A stretch of DNA of 64,000 nt from Candidatus Poseidoniaceae archaeon (GTDB taxonomy: Archaea > Thermoplasmatota > Poseidoniia > Poseidoniales > Poseidoniaceae), in assembly GCA_030747695.1 (NCBI GenBank), contig JASLKG010000007.1, positions 2,261 to 66,260 on the forward strand, read 5' to 3'. The notes below the pieces were generated by a model, which saw nothing but the letters and a program-made list of their open reading frames with translations, was not told where the DNA came from and did no database searches. Shown piece after piece: positions 29,201 to 39,116 of the stretch (positions within the stretch are counted from its first letter, which is position 1; every line of letters begins with the position of its first letter). Both the position numbers and the translations under genes were made by a program.

Positions 29201-29584
29201 GTAGCAGTAACTCAAGTAAACGGGCAAACTGTAATTGATTCCTCTAGCGAATTATCTGTAACTGTTTCAGGACCACATGTTCCTCCAAGTGGAATTAATT
29301 TAGGCATACTAGAGCTAGACAATCAAAATTCAATTACAATTCTTGCTGTAGGTTGGGTAATGTCCCTATTGTTGCTGGCATATATTCGTTTGAGGAAACC
29401 GATTGAAGTAATCGACGAGGTTGAGGAAGAGGAGCCACTGGGTCCAAACGAAGTTCGTATAGATGAATATAACAAAGTCACTTGTATTTCATGTGAAGCA
29501 CGACTTGGTGTTCCTGAAAATAGTGAACCGCCCTTTAGATTTACATGTCCAAAGTGTTCTGAAAAGATAAGAGTAGTGCCCTGA
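26207..29584 (+). CDS. membrane-anchored surface glycoprotein with tandem Ig-like (NEW3/CARDB-like) domains, GGNNT linker and C-terminal Zn ribbon
   Basis: Signal peptide; repeated 'PG......V.N.G...D' modules; TM near the C-terminus; CISC...CPKC. Confidence 0.8.
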   Translation: MYMQRRLSPFLVVLLMSISPLVPMAAANPAIGLSVDASHVILNPGEATNITLTIHNNGSSIETYSINVSGFDSHWEVVPSESNVSGVIPTFSEDTIIAVRLSTNATPIHSTSLSIDVSESDSNITTSIIVLLSVNPRYLPAIDGSSAGDNGLVVMTPGDTTNVSVVVRNDANVEDTLLLSIDQSPDLASFWSNWTSGQNSNQTGNNTGGNNTGGNNTGGNNTGGNNTGGNNTGGNNTGGNNTGGNNSGGNNTGGNNTGGNNTGGNNTGGNNTGGNNSGGNNTGGNNTGGNNTGGNTSNMISMISSPQGWDVRFIDDVMDNMSVGEVRNSILHLSVPTNEAPGYYGFDLYAASALGNFSVHTTIVVEITAVHNLSLSHSLGEALLPGDNTTSTIEITSLSSAQGNWTWSSTLDSGPCDLMLPILKNSISVDEVTSLEVIITASSNSHVGDECAFTVLGVLDSDTSITESISTMVIVGEIWALSMVIPSAIKLDVGIPESFTVAISNDGTENDTLQLIGIDQPGVTFSNPSPVELERDASQYVSLSVTIDEGISGNVTLHFSLSSINSGNDSVLAQGIFEVKPYASFEIDGPSEGRVSIAPGENSTLTLAVSNTGTRNLTIDQSISGLPSGISISGLDDFSVNANETIFDNISFTAGTSVQPQTTSITVTMDSGWNSQSITLDLQITDRKGLSIGSTASHIVASPITDSNLTVMLTNLGSNTDTFLLSLDTSATSNWFSVTADSLSSSIGPGNSDSITLSIRETTSGAPVSGVDLLITVTSTSDSTIYENLTISIIPQVASGTITVLTDSDQAEPGQNIYGNVVITNSGTAIDSMMITTLELDCNLDEIITLDPGVSSQPIAWSCTIPEGTSAGFEVLTFRLTSSSRTNMIVENSEGYTVKPLWADGDIIDFQYNQNNLKFERNNDQHTIQLRICNKANTLVTGNLELIGTNQPLMDGQFFRSGEIGINNTFEMGSLGCQDFNLILTPLNLEGFNAQLTIVAVTQVNGQTVIDSSSELSVTVSGPHVPPSGINLGILELDNQNSITILAVGWVMSLLLLAYIRLRKPIEVIDEVEEEEPLGPNEVRIDEYNKVTCISCEARLGVPENSEPPFRFTCPKCSEKIRVVP
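26816..27085 (+). repeat. 15-bp tandem repeat x18 encoding (GNNTG)n
   Basis: GGRAACAACACAGGT units read directly. Two units encode Ser (TCC). Confidence 0.97.
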
Positions 29585-30349
29585 TTAACGCCGTTGTGCA
29601 AACAAGAGGAATGCAGTGTGCCCAAATGGTCCATTTACTGGACGCATACCGCCCTTGGCAGTTTTCCCCCATTCTCTTTCCATTAATTCACCAGCCCATT
29701 CTATTGTTAATTCTGCCTCTTCGCATGCATTCCAACACGCCTCAAGTTGGCTAGTTGTAGGGGCATAGCACGCGATACGCCCTCCCAATTTTAATTTCGG
29801 CGCACATTTTTCGATAGCTGGTTTGTGCACAGGCATATCAAGTATCACTGCATCAAATTCTAATTCAGGAACTACATCTTCAATCATTCCTTCAAGGTGA
29901 GTGTGCTGCGGAAAACCTGTGAAACAAGAACTTGCTCGTTCCAAATTTAGTAATCCAATTTCAGCATGCTCCGATCTTGCTTCTGCAGTAATCAAATGCC
30001 CATCCGAACCAATGGCTTTTGCCAAGTGAAGGGTAAGCCCTCCTGAACCAAGTCCTGCTTCTAAGACAATATCGCCTTCTCCAATGCCTAATCTGGCGAT
30101 TATTACACCAGCATCTTTTGAGGAAATAGTTTGTGCTCTTCGTGCCATTCCTGAGATTAATTCTGGTAATCTAGGTGGCATTAATGTCAGATATTTTTGT
30201 CCTATTAATACTTCCTCGCCAAAAGATAAATCGCTTAGCAGCGTTGCGGTATTGAATACACCTAACCCCTTGTATTTTCGTACATCATCTACAATTTCAA
30301 TAACATGGGTTTTACCGTTATCTTCGATCAGTACTGCCCACTCGCCCAT
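29585..30349 (-). CDS. trmI: tRNA (adenine-N1)-methyltransferase TrmI/Trm61 family
   Basis: RRAQTISSKD, VLEAGLGSGGLT, DAVILDMP, RP...GHTAFL. Confidence 0.85.
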   Translation of the reverse strand: MGEWAVLIEDNGKTHVIEIVDDVRKYKGLGVFNTATLLSDLSFGEEVLIGQKYLTLMPPRLPELISGMARRAQTISSKDAGVIIARLGIGEGDIVLEAGLGSGGLTLHLAKAIGSDGHLITAEARSEHAEIGLLNLERASSCFTGFPQHTHLEGMIEDVVPELEFDAVILDMPVHKPAIEKCAPKLKLGGRIACYAPTTSQLEACWNACEEAELTIEWAGELMEREWGKTAKGGMRPVNGPFGHTAFLLFAQRR

Positions 30350-30413
30350 GTCATTGCGAACATCTATTTGACAAGAATGATTCCCTCATTTAACGATAAT
30401 AATTTGTATAAAT

Positions 30414-30430
30414 TCCCCCCGTAGGGGGGA
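30414..30430. promoter_or_regulatory. perfect 7-bp inverted repeat in the divergent trmI / surface protein intergenic region
   Basis: TCCCCCC-GTA-GGGGGGA. Function is inferred only. Confidence 0.4.
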
Positions 30431-30479
30431 GAGGCATATTCAGAGCATGTTCTTATACCATGTCGATAGAGCGGTAGGC

Positions 30480-33400
30480 ATGAAGTCTATACGTTCGACC
30501 GCAATTTCTATGTCTATGCTAATGTTATTGAGCATATTAGCGTCGCTTGGAGGATTAATTACTGAAGAAGTAGATGGCACTGTGGAATTGGTTGATGAAC
30601 CTATTGTTATGGAGGTTTCAAGCCCTGGACATCCTGTATTTTCACAATATATTACGTCAGATAATTGTGGTTTTTGCTATCAATATGGATCTCCTGCACA
30701 TCACAGCATAAAGCAACAACATACGGATGACTATGTTTACATTTCTTACCAATCTGTTTCATATGGTGACACAGATACTGCACGTGCTGGTGCTACAACA
30801 GGGTACAATTGGCCTTGGACTACTGGTGGCGCACCAGATTCTTATTGGGGCGACAGATTAGATAAGAGAGTCAGCGGTTGTGGTTCTAATACCTGTTATG
30901 ATTCGATGTTTGCTAGCGGTGGAGGTATGACTGCTGCAACAACAAGTCAGTATTCACTTTCAGCAGTTGTAAGTGACGGTGGGTCCAATTTGGATGTCTC
31001 AATCGATGTACAATACGTTGGTTCAGGAACCGCTCCTTCCAACATTTATCTTTACGCAGCGATGACTGAAGAAACTTGTAATTCCTACGTTTATGCAGAT
31101 GGTAGCAAAGGCCACAACTGTTGGAAGTCATGGTTAATGAGCGGAAGCACATACCGCTCTCAAAGTGGCGGTAGTGGCAGTAGTTTCCAGAGTGTAACAC
31201 TTTCAAACAATGCAGCTTCATACAGTTGGTCAGTTCCTAAGAGTTTAGTAAATGGTGGTGCAAATAATGCATTGGTGGTAGCAGCATTGATGACAGGTGC
31301 GCCAAGCACTGGTGCAAGTTCCGAACATGTCCTTACAGCGACAGATAGCAATATGGCGCCGTTGATTGATGTTGGCGTGAAGACTTTCACTACTAACAAT
31401 CCTAATGCGCCTGGCGGCGGCTATGTCAATGGAGACATTGTAGACTTACAAGCAACTATTGTGAATAATGGAGTCGAAGCATATAGCGACGGCGGTGATG
31501 TTCGTTTCTATTACAAGACAGGTACAAACAAGCAGTATGTTGGAACGACACACACCTTGTCGAACTTTGCATCTTCTGGAGATACACAATCGTTCACAGG
31601 ACAAGTTGATACTTCTAGTATTCCTTCCAATACCTATCAAGCTACATTTGGAGTAGAAGTATCTAATCTTGTAGCCGACAAGTCTAGCAATAACAACGAT
31701 GGAACAGAAATTATTCCTCATGACCTTGTTCCTGTAGTTCGTAAGGCTCAAGTTATCGGAAGCAATCAAATAGAACGCGGGGATAATTTCCTTGTTGAGG
31801 CCAAAGTAACAATCAATGATGGAGTAGATATTAACACATCATTCTTCACATTTGACGTGGAAGTTTCACCAACCGGTGCAGATCAATGGGTTGGAGGCGG
31901 AGACCTGATTGTAGGTGGAGATCAAATATTCCAAGAAGGCACTAGCAATGAGCACCGCCAATATCTAGTAAAACCAACTATGAATATGGGTGCAGGCAAT
32001 TACGACATAAGAATACGCGCAACAGATTCTAGAATGCAAGTCAGTGACTGGGATATTAATACAGAAGCATTCACATTGAAGAATGCTTTACCAACTATCA
32101 CTTCAGAACCTGTTCCTACAGTTAAGGTACAATCATCAACCAAAGTTTCAGTAATTGGAAACATAATGGATGCTGAGACAGATTTGAGAGATCTTGCAAT
32201 TACTAGTAGCAGCCCTAATTTTGTAGCTTGGCATTCATCCACTGAAGAGGTTGAAGTTTATTTCGAGAATATAAGATATGTAAACGGCAATCCTACAGCA
32301 TCAGGAATTGAAGTTGCTGTTAGCGATGGCACTGATACCGCATATGGGACTTTATTGTTTAACGTAATTGAAAATGGACAACCACGCTGGGCAGGAGTTG
32401 AAAAGCAATATATTGACGAAGGCTCAACAGCATCACTAGCTCTACTAAACTATCTCTCAGATACAGATGAGAATGGCAATTATGCTAGCCCTGAAGATTT
32501 AGTATTGGCAGTTATTGACAACACAAACCCCGAATTATTTGATATGCAAATGGATGAATTTACATTGAATTATGCAACAAAGGATTCCGATGTCAATGGT
32601 GAGACTACCATTACTGTTAGGGCAAGTGATGGCCAACAATACTCAGACCAGTTAATTACAATTGCAATCAGTCCAATAAATGACGCTCCACGTTTGGATC
32701 TATCTGAGTTTGAAGGCCTACGTTTGAAGGCTGGCGAACAAAAGGTCATCTTCTTGAATGAAATTGTAACTGATGTAGATAGCGATTTAAGCGAAACAAT
32801 TTTCACTGCTTCAAACCCTGTGCCTGGTGCTGCCCGCGTAAGAATGATGGACAACACATTGACATTAATCTGGGAAGAAACAGGATGGCAAACTGTAACA
32901 ATACAAGCTGCAGACCGTTATCACTCCAACACCTACACTTTGGTCGTAGAAGTTTATGACAGCATTCCTCTAATGGTAGGTGCTGGCGCTGATGCAGATG
33001 TACGAGTTGATGTTCAGAATGTATATCTTGATGAGCAACCAGAAGCAACGATGTTCCTCAACATGGATGGAATAACAATAACTTCTTTGTCCACAACATG
33101 GCAATACTGCAATGAGTTAACAGGAATATGCCTATTCCAGAATACGATTGATCATGATATAACCATGAAAAATTCAGGTTGGACATACAATCCATATGGC
33201 GATCAACTTCCATATGGTCTACAGTACAAGGATCAAGTCAAGTTAGTAAAGGTTGTAGCAATTGAATCAAATGGTGAGAAGTACGAATTTTCAACGCCAC
33301 TTTATTGGACTGCAATTGAAGACGCACCTGGCCCTGAAACTATGTCCGATGAGGAGTTAGTCGAATATATCGAACAATTAGAGTCTGAGATAGAAACTAT

Positions 33401-33893
33401 GAAAGCTGAATTAGACAATCTGGAAGAAGGTTCAGACGAGTACACCGAAGTCAATACAGAATTAGAAGTCCTTAAACAAGATTTGGAAGAAGCTTGTGAA
33501 TTTGGCGAGTGTACCGCTAATCAACAATCAGGTAGTTCAGAAGAACCTACTAATTCCGAAGGAATGACTCTTACAGTTATATTGATAATTGTCGGAGTAG
33601 TAATTGCTGCATTAATCGCAGGACTAATGTTCATGAGAGGAGGAAATTCTGGTGAAACAGTAGGAATGGTAGATTGGGCAAATCAACTCCCTGCAAATGA
33701 CGTTATTGCAAATTCAATGTATGGTGGGGCGCAAGAGATTTTCCAACAATCAATCCCAGTTTCAACTCCAGCTGCGGCAGTACCGCAAGTTCCACCGGGG
33801 GCGCCACCTCTGCCTGAAGGCGGCCTTCCAGCAGGATGGACAATGGAACAATGGGCATATTATGGACACCAATATTTGCAAGATCAGCAATGA
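30480..33893 (+). CDS. surface protein: Omp28-like thioredoxin-fold domain (CGFC), CARDB/cadherin-like Ig domains, coiled coil, TM, Pro/Trp-rich tail
   Basis: ITSDNCGFC, IYLYAAMTEE, PINDAP repeats, TM VILIIVGVVIAALIAGLMFM, tail PPLPEGGLPAGWTMEQWAYYGHQYL. Confidence 0.75.
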   Translation: MKSIRSTAISMSMLMLLSILASLGGLITEEVDGTVELVDEPIVMEVSSPGHPVFSQYITSDNCGFCYQYGSPAHHSIKQQHTDDYVYISYQSVSYGDTDTARAGATTGYNWPWTTGGAPDSYWGDRLDKRVSGCGSNTCYDSMFASGGGMTAATTSQYSLSAVVSDGGSNLDVSIDVQYVGSGTAPSNIYLYAAMTEETCNSYVYADGSKGHNCWKSWLMSGSTYRSQSGGSGSSFQSVTLSNNAASYSWSVPKSLVNGGANNALVVAALMTGAPSTGASSEHVLTATDSNMAPLIDVGVKTFTTNNPNAPGGGYVNGDIVDLQATIVNNGVEAYSDGGDVRFYYKTGTNKQYVGTTHTLSNFASSGDTQSFTGQVDTSSIPSNTYQATFGVEVSNLVADKSSNNNDGTEIIPHDLVPVVRKAQVIGSNQIERGDNFLVEAKVTINDGVDINTSFFTFDVEVSPTGADQWVGGGDLIVGGDQIFQEGTSNEHRQYLVKPTMNMGAGNYDIRIRATDSRMQVSDWDINTEAFTLKNALPTITSEPVPTVKVQSSTKVSVIGNIMDAETDLRDLAITSSSPNFVAWHSSTEEVEVYFENIRYVNGNPTASGIEVAVSDGTDTAYGTLLFNVIENGQPRWAGVEKQYIDEGSTASLALLNYLSDTDENGNYASPEDLVLAVIDNTNPELFDMQMDEFTLNYATKDSDVNGETTITVRASDGQQYSDQLITIAISPINDAPRLDLSEFEGLRLKAGEQKVIFLNEIVTDVDSDLSETIFTASNPVPGAARVRMMDNTLTLIWEETGWQTVTIQAADRYHSNTYTLVVEVYDSIPLMVGAGADADVRVDVQNVYLDEQPEATMFLNMDGITITSLSTTWQYCNELTGICLFQNTIDHDITMKNSGWTYNPYGDQLPYGLQYKDQVKLVKVVAIESNGEKYEFSTPLYWTAIEDAPGPETMSDEELVEYIEQLESEIETMKAELDNLEEGSDEYTEVNTELEVLKQDLEEACEFGECTANQQSGSSEEPTNSEGMTLTVILIIVGVVIAALIAGLMFMRGGNSGETVGMVDWANQLPANDVIANSMYGGAQEIFQQSIPVSTPAAAVPQVPPGAPPLPEGGLPAGWTMEQWAYYGHQYLQDQQ

Positions 33894-33967
33894 TTTAGCA
33901 TAATTATTGGCGTTTATGGGAGTTTGCAGTCCAAACGGATAAAATGGACCGGTGTTGAGGGGTATTT

Positions 33968-35992
33968 GTGACAGAAGATGAAACCCCTCTTGAAACTCCC
34001 CTCGAAGAGGAGATGGTTACCATTTGGTCTCCAGAGTCATCGGACAACATTGAGATTGTAGATGTCCCCATAGATGAATGGATTAGAGAAGTTGATTTTT
34101 CTTCAACTGACGAGGTTCCAGTTCCTGAAAGGTTAGTCGATCAAGTAATTGGTCAAGAAGCAGGTTCAATTGTGATAAAAAAGGCAGCAGAGCAGCGTCG
34201 ACACATGTTGATGATTGGAGATCCAGGAACTGGTAAATCTATGCTTGCTCGTTCAATGACAGAATTATTGCCTCAAGACAAGCTTGAGGATATTTTGTGT
34301 TATCCAAATGAAGATGATGAAAACGAACCAAGAGTACGAACAGTTCCTGCAGGACGCGGTGATAGAATAGTAAAGAGTCAGCGCGAAACAATACGGATTC
34401 AGAAAGAAAAGAGTCAGAAGATGCTCATGATTGGATTCGTTGCAATAGCCTTTTTGTTAGCAGTTTTAGCATTACAGAGTGGTGATATATTGACTCTTTT
34501 GTTTGGAATGTTATTGCTTATGTTTGGCTATATGTTCCTAAGATCACGTATGGGTGGAGCAGAAGAAGGTAGGATTCCAAAGGTTCTAGTTAAGCACAGT
34601 TCAAGTGATTCACCGCCCTTTGTTGATGCGACTGGCACCTTGTCTGGAAGTTTACTTGGCGATGTGAGACATGATCCCTTTCAGAGTGGAGGAATGGAAA
34701 CACCTGCACACGACCGCGTCGAACCCGGAGCAATCCACCGATCCCATGGGGGAGTTCTCTATATTGATGAGATAAATTTGCTTAGATTGGAAGAGCAACA
34801 GGCATTACTTACTGCTATGCAGGAGCGCGCCTTTCCTATCTCTGGGCGCTCTGAGCGCTCTAGTGGCGCCTTAACAAAAACAGAAGCAGTTCCCTGTGAT
34901 TTTATTTTGATTGCAGCAGGTAATTTAGATGCAATACAAGGAATGCATCCAGCACTTCGTTCAAGAATACGCGGTTATGGATACGAGGTTTATGTTAACT
35001 CACATATGCCCGATACTGCAGCAAATAGACGTAGATTGATTAGATTCATTGCTCAAGAAGTCCTTCGGGACATCGGAACAGTACGTGAGATACCTCACTT
35101 TGATAGGTCGGGAGTAAGTGTGATACTACGTGAAGCACAGCGTCGTGCTGGAAGGAGAGGAAAACTATCTCTTCGTTTGCGAGAATTAGGAGGTTTAGTT
35201 AGAATTGCAGGTGACCTTGCATGTGAAGAGGGCTCTGAATTTACTACCTCAAGACATGTATTGGCTGCGAGAAATATAGCGAAGCCATTGGAGCAACAAG
35301 TTGCAGACCGTATGATTGAACGCAGACAAGAATATTCGTTGATAGTCAATTCCGGTAACCGTATTGGACGCGTTAATGGGCTTGCAGTATTAGGTGCAGA
35401 CTCGGGGTTGTCGGATTTCAGTGGAATCATGTTGCCAGTAGAGGCTTTGGTGACTCCTTCCCTTTCAAGTGGAGGCAAGGTCTATGCTACAGGAGGCCTT
35501 TCAGATTTAGCTAAAGAAAGCGTGACCAATGTTAGTGCAGTCATCAAGAAATTAACTGGAAAAGATGTTTCAGATTATGACATACATATTCAGTTTGTAG
35601 ATACACATGGGGTTGATGGAGATTCAGCATCAATAACTATAGCAACTGCAGTAATTTCTGCTCTAGAGAATATTCCCATTAGACAGGATTTAGCAATGAC
35701 TGGTTCTCTTTCTGTTCGCGGAGAAGTGTTGCCTATCGGAGGAGTAACAGCAAAAATTGAGGCAGCTGCCCGCTCGGGTATCAAGACTGTCGTAATACCA
35801 AGAGCAAATTTACAGGATGTGCTTATAGATCAGCAATTTGAGCATATCGAAGTAGTTGCTGTTGATACACTAGATGAGGTAATGGAGCAAGCATTAATTG
35901 TTGGCGCCCCAAGGACTAGCCTTGTAGAGAGATTGTCTTCAGTTATCGACAGACTAACTCCAGAAGCTTCACCAAATAGTCAACTTTCCTAA
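33968..35992 (+). CDS. lonB: archaeal membrane-anchored ATP-dependent Lon protease
   Basis: [15 protein letters not shown], two TMs within the AAA domain, [13 protein letters not shown] (Ser), [10 protein letters not shown] (Lys). Confidence 0.96.
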   Translation: MTEDETPLETPLEEEMVTIWSPESSDNIEIVDVPIDEWIREVDFSSTDEVPVPERLVDQVIGQEAGSIVIKKAAEQRRHMLMIGDPGTGKSMLARSMTELLPQDKLEDILCYPNEDDENEPRVRTVPAGRGDRIVKSQRETIRIQKEKSQKMLMIGFVAIAFLLAVLALQSGDILTLLFGMLLLMFGYMFLRSRMGGAEEGRIPKVLVKHSSSDSPPFVDATGTLSGSLLGDVRHDPFQSGGMETPAHDRVEPGAIHRSHGGVLYIDEINLLRLEEQQALLTAMQERAFPISGRSERSSGALTKTEAVPCDFILIAAGNLDAIQGMHPALRSRIRGYGYEVYVNSHMPDTAANRRRLIRFIAQEVLRDIGTVREIPHFDRSGVSVILREAQRRAGRRGKLSLRLRELGGLVRIAGDLACEEGSEFTTSRHVLAARNIAKPLEQQVADRMIERRQEYSLIVNSGNRIGRVNGLAVLGADSGLSDFSGIMLPVEALVTPSLSSGGKVYATGGLSDLAKESVTNVSAVIKKLTGKDVSDYDIHIQFVDTHGVDGDSASITIATAVISALENIPIRQDLAMTGSLSVRGEVLPIGGVTAKIEAAARSGIKTVVIPRANLQDVLIDQQFEHIEVVAVDTLDEVMEQALIVGAPRTSLVERLSSVIDRLTPEASPNSQLS

Positions 35993-36007
35993 TAATTAGG
36001 TGAGGAA

Positions 36008-37327
36008 ATGACTGGGACAAAAACTAGTACTGGTGCTTTAGGAGTATTATTTCTAGTTGTTATGATTGATATGATTGGATTTGGAATAATAATTCCATTC
36101 CTTACTTATTTCATTGAAGACCTTGCGACTGCTGAAGGTTTGCTTGAATTTGGTTTGTGGGTAGGATTGATGATGTCTGCGTATTCAGCCGCACAATTTT
36201 TGTTTTCTCCATTTTGGGGTTCATTATCGGATAGAATGGGCCGTAAACCAATAATTATCGCAGGTTTAGTAGGAAATAGCGTATTTTTCACAATTTTCGG
36301 AATGTCTACTAGTCTTATTATGGCCTTAATTGCAAGGTTTATGGCTGGTGCATTTAATGCCAATATAGCTGTTGCAAAAGCATACATTGGAGATGTATCA
36401 GATCACTTGAACTTAGCAAAGCGGATGGGGTTAATCGGTGCAGCATTTGGAGTGGGATTTACAATCGGCCCATTTATTGGTGGCGAATTTTCTAATCCAG
36501 CAAGCAAATGGAATTTATTTACAGATACAATTTTTGCAACTTATCCATATTTACTCCCATGTGTAATAGCATCCGTCCTTTCAATAATTTCTTTATTTCT
36601 TGCAATAAAATGGCTGCCTGAAAGTAAATTTACCGATAACGATGCATCCAAAACATCATTGAATCCTGTAAAGCAACTCAGTAGCATAGTTTTTGATCTA
36701 AAGCGCGTAATGGCAATGCCACAACTTGGCAATTTACTAATGGTCAGCGTATTATTTATGTATGGATTTACAATCATGCATGCTAGTTTTGTATTATTTA
36801 CTGAATGGGGATTAGGTTTCGATGAGGCTGAAAACGGGAGGGTGTTTTTGTTGATTGGCTTGAATGGATTGTTAATCCAAGGTGTATTAATTGGGAAATT
36901 AACTAATAAATTTGGTTCAATGAAATTAATGCGCTGGGGCACTCTAATTTGTGGAATTGGTTTGACACTAATACCTCATGTTTCAACAGAATTTGTTTGG
37001 CTGACTATGTCAATTGTCGTACTAATGATTTCAACAGGAAATAGCCTATTCCAACCCTCTTATATGGCAATATTAGCACAAGAAACTAAACATCAAGGAT
37101 ACGAAATGGGATTGGTTATGGGTACTCAAGAATCGGCTTCGGCTTTTGCACGAATCTTTGGTCCACTGACCGGAGGAATTGTATGGGATTTATCTGTGAA
37201 CAAAACCGGATTAGTTTCTGATGCCACAACGTTTCATCTTTGTGGGTTAATGTTGTTAGCGGCATTTTTATTGCAATTTAGAATTAAGGCCTCCAATGAA
37301 ATGATTAGTGAAAACTTCCAAGAGTAG
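36008..37327 (+). CDS. MFS transporter, TetA/DHA1-like
   Basis: DMIGFGIIIP, GSLSDRMGRKP (motif A), GAAFGVGFTIGPFIGG (motif C). Confidence 0.9.
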   Translation: MTGTKTSTGALGVLFLVVMIDMIGFGIIIPFLTYFIEDLATAEGLLEFGLWVGLMMSAYSAAQFLFSPFWGSLSDRMGRKPIIIAGLVGNSVFFTIFGMSTSLIMALIARFMAGAFNANIAVAKAYIGDVSDHLNLAKRMGLIGAAFGVGFTIGPFIGGEFSNPASKWNLFTDTIFATYPYLLPCVIASVLSIISLFLAIKWLPESKFTDNDASKTSLNPVKQLSSIVFDLKRVMAMPQLGNLLMVSVLFMYGFTIMHASFVLFTEWGLGFDEAENGRVFLLIGLNGLLIQGVLIGKLTNKFGSMKLMRWGTLICGIGLTLIPHVSTEFVWLTMSIVVLMISTGNSLFQPSYMAILAQETKHQGYEMGLVMGTQESASAFARIFGPLTGGIVWDLSVNKTGLVSDATTFHLCGLMLLAAFLLQFRIKASNEMISENFQE

Positions 37328-37336
37328 GGATGAGTT

Positions 37337-38767
37337 GTGGGTGTCATGGGCGATAATCAAAGTAGCAGAAGTCATCCAGTTTTTCATCAGAGGATTGCAA
37401 CGCTGTCGCATTCCGCAATACTACTTTCAATATTTGTTATCGGAATGATCTCCTTGGAAGTTGTTTTGAAACCTTTTTTCATTGCATTAGGAATTTATTT
37501 TGTGTTAAAACCAGGAGGAGATATCCTATCTAAGAATGGTTTCCCAGTTTTCCTTTCTTACCTAACTATGCTGCTATTATTTGTATTAATCTTAACTTCA
37601 ACAGCATTCTTTGCGTGGTCACAGGCTCAAGATTTAGCAGATGATACATCACGCCAGGCTGAATACAATGAAAAGTTAGATGAGCGGTGGAACAAATTGA
37701 AAAATTTGCCAATTATCGGTCCAGCAATCAAAGAAGCAGTCAAGGATGGGACCGGAACTTTGGGAGGAGATCTTGAAGATTTGGGGGTCGGTTCTGGAGG
37801 GCAAGTAACCGATATTGTTGTCTCTATGGTTAGTGGAGTAGGTAGTTTATTGACAACAGGAGTAACAGTGTTGTTTTTCTTAATTTTTATCATCTTCGAG
37901 GCGCATTTGTTGCCCGATCGAATAGAGAGAGCATGGCCAGGAGGAGCCTCTGAACGAGTAGAAATTGTACGCCAACAAATACAAGAAAGTGTCAATACAT
38001 ATGTTGTAGTGAAAACCGGTTGTGGTTTGGGTTCAGCATTTATTGCTGGAGCAATTATGTGGGCCTTTGGAATTGATTTGTGGTTTGTATGGGCCGTAAT
38101 GACATTTGTAATGAATTATGTCCCATATATTGGATCACTAATTGCTACGATACCTCCTTTGATTTTGGGCCTCATTCTGCTAAAACCATTAGGCCTAGTA
38201 GTTATGGCATTGATGCTGTTAGCAAATCAACAGATTTGGGGCAATTATATCGAGACTAAATGGGCAGGAAGAGCTTTGGATTTATCTCCCGTGATTTTGT
38301 TGTTAGTAACTGCATTTTCATTCTGGTTATGGGGAATCACAGGGATGATCTTAGCAGTTCCGTTAATCGTTATTGTAAAAATTGTACTTGAAAACATCGA
38401 GGAAACCCGCCCAATTGCCATTTTGTTATCTGAAAGGGCACCAACTTTGGATGAGGCATGGAGGGATGCATTACGAGATGGCATCGTGTCTGCAGGCGAA
38501 TCACATAAACTCGATGAGTTGAGGAAAATGTTGGGAGTTTCAGAATCAGAAGTTGTCACTATTGCTGGAAGATCAGCTGTGCACACTGCTCTGAAAAGGA
38601 ATAGAATACTACGTGGAGAAATCGATTTCATCGTAGAGGCTGCACGTGGCACACATCTTGAGAACCAAATAACAATGAAACTAAAGGTAGGACGCCTCGT
38701 CAAAGAAATGCGTCCCTTATTGATTGACTTAGTAGAAGAATTAGATTCACCTTCAGAAGAAGAATAA
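37337..38767 (+). CDS. AI-2E (UPF0118) family transporter with soluble C-terminal extension
   Basis: NYVPYIGS, GNYIETK, LDLSP, WLWGITGMILAVPL. Confidence 0.88.
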   Translation: MGVMGDNQSSRSHPVFHQRIATLSHSAILLSIFVIGMISLEVVLKPFFIALGIYFVLKPGGDILSKNGFPVFLSYLTMLLLFVLILTSTAFFAWSQAQDLADDTSRQAEYNEKLDERWNKLKNLPIIGPAIKEAVKDGTGTLGGDLEDLGVGSGGQVTDIVVSMVSGVGSLLTTGVTVLFFLIFIIFEAHLLPDRIERAWPGGASERVEIVRQQIQESVNTYVVVKTGCGLGSAFIAGAIMWAFGIDLWFVWAVMTFVMNYVPYIGSLIATIPPLILGLILLKPLGLVVMALMLLANQQIWGNYIETKWAGRALDLSPVILLLVTAFSFWLWGITGMILAVPLIVIVKIVLENIEETRPIAILLSERAPTLDEAWRDALRDGIVSAGESHKLDELRKMLGVSESEVVTIAGRSAVHTALKRNRILRGEIDFIVEAARGTHLENQITMKLKVGRLVKEMRPLLIDLVEELDSPSEEE

Positions 38768-39046
38768 TCACAAAGTTTCTCTTAGGATTTTTTCTAATTC
38801 AGTATTTATCATAAGGATTAATGTGCCAAATTCCGGTGGCATATTAGGGTCTTCGTAAAGTTCCTCTAACTTGTTCTGTGTGATTGCGATTCTTACATCC
38901 ATTTGTTTGGATTTGTTTAGTAACCACTGGTCACATGCATCCTTGGCACCTTTTCTGATATTTCTTGGAACTTTAGGATCATCAATTTGATTAATCACTG
39001 AGGCGATTTGTCCCAATCTTGTTTCGATATCGGAAATTAAAATCAC
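38768..39046 (-). CDS. UPF0147 family archaeal protein
   Basis: IDDPKVPRNIRKGA...LEELYEDPNMP. Confidence 0.8.
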   Translation of the reverse strand: MILISDIETRLGQIASVINQIDDPKVPRNIRKGAKDACDQWLLNKSKQMDVRIAITQNKLEELYEDPNMPPEFGTLILMINTELEKILRETL

Positions 39047-39116
39047 CTACGCGAAGCCCCGCGCAAACCGTGGTCGAGTGTAGCGGATTTAAGGTGATTG
39101 CCGCCATCCGTCACAC

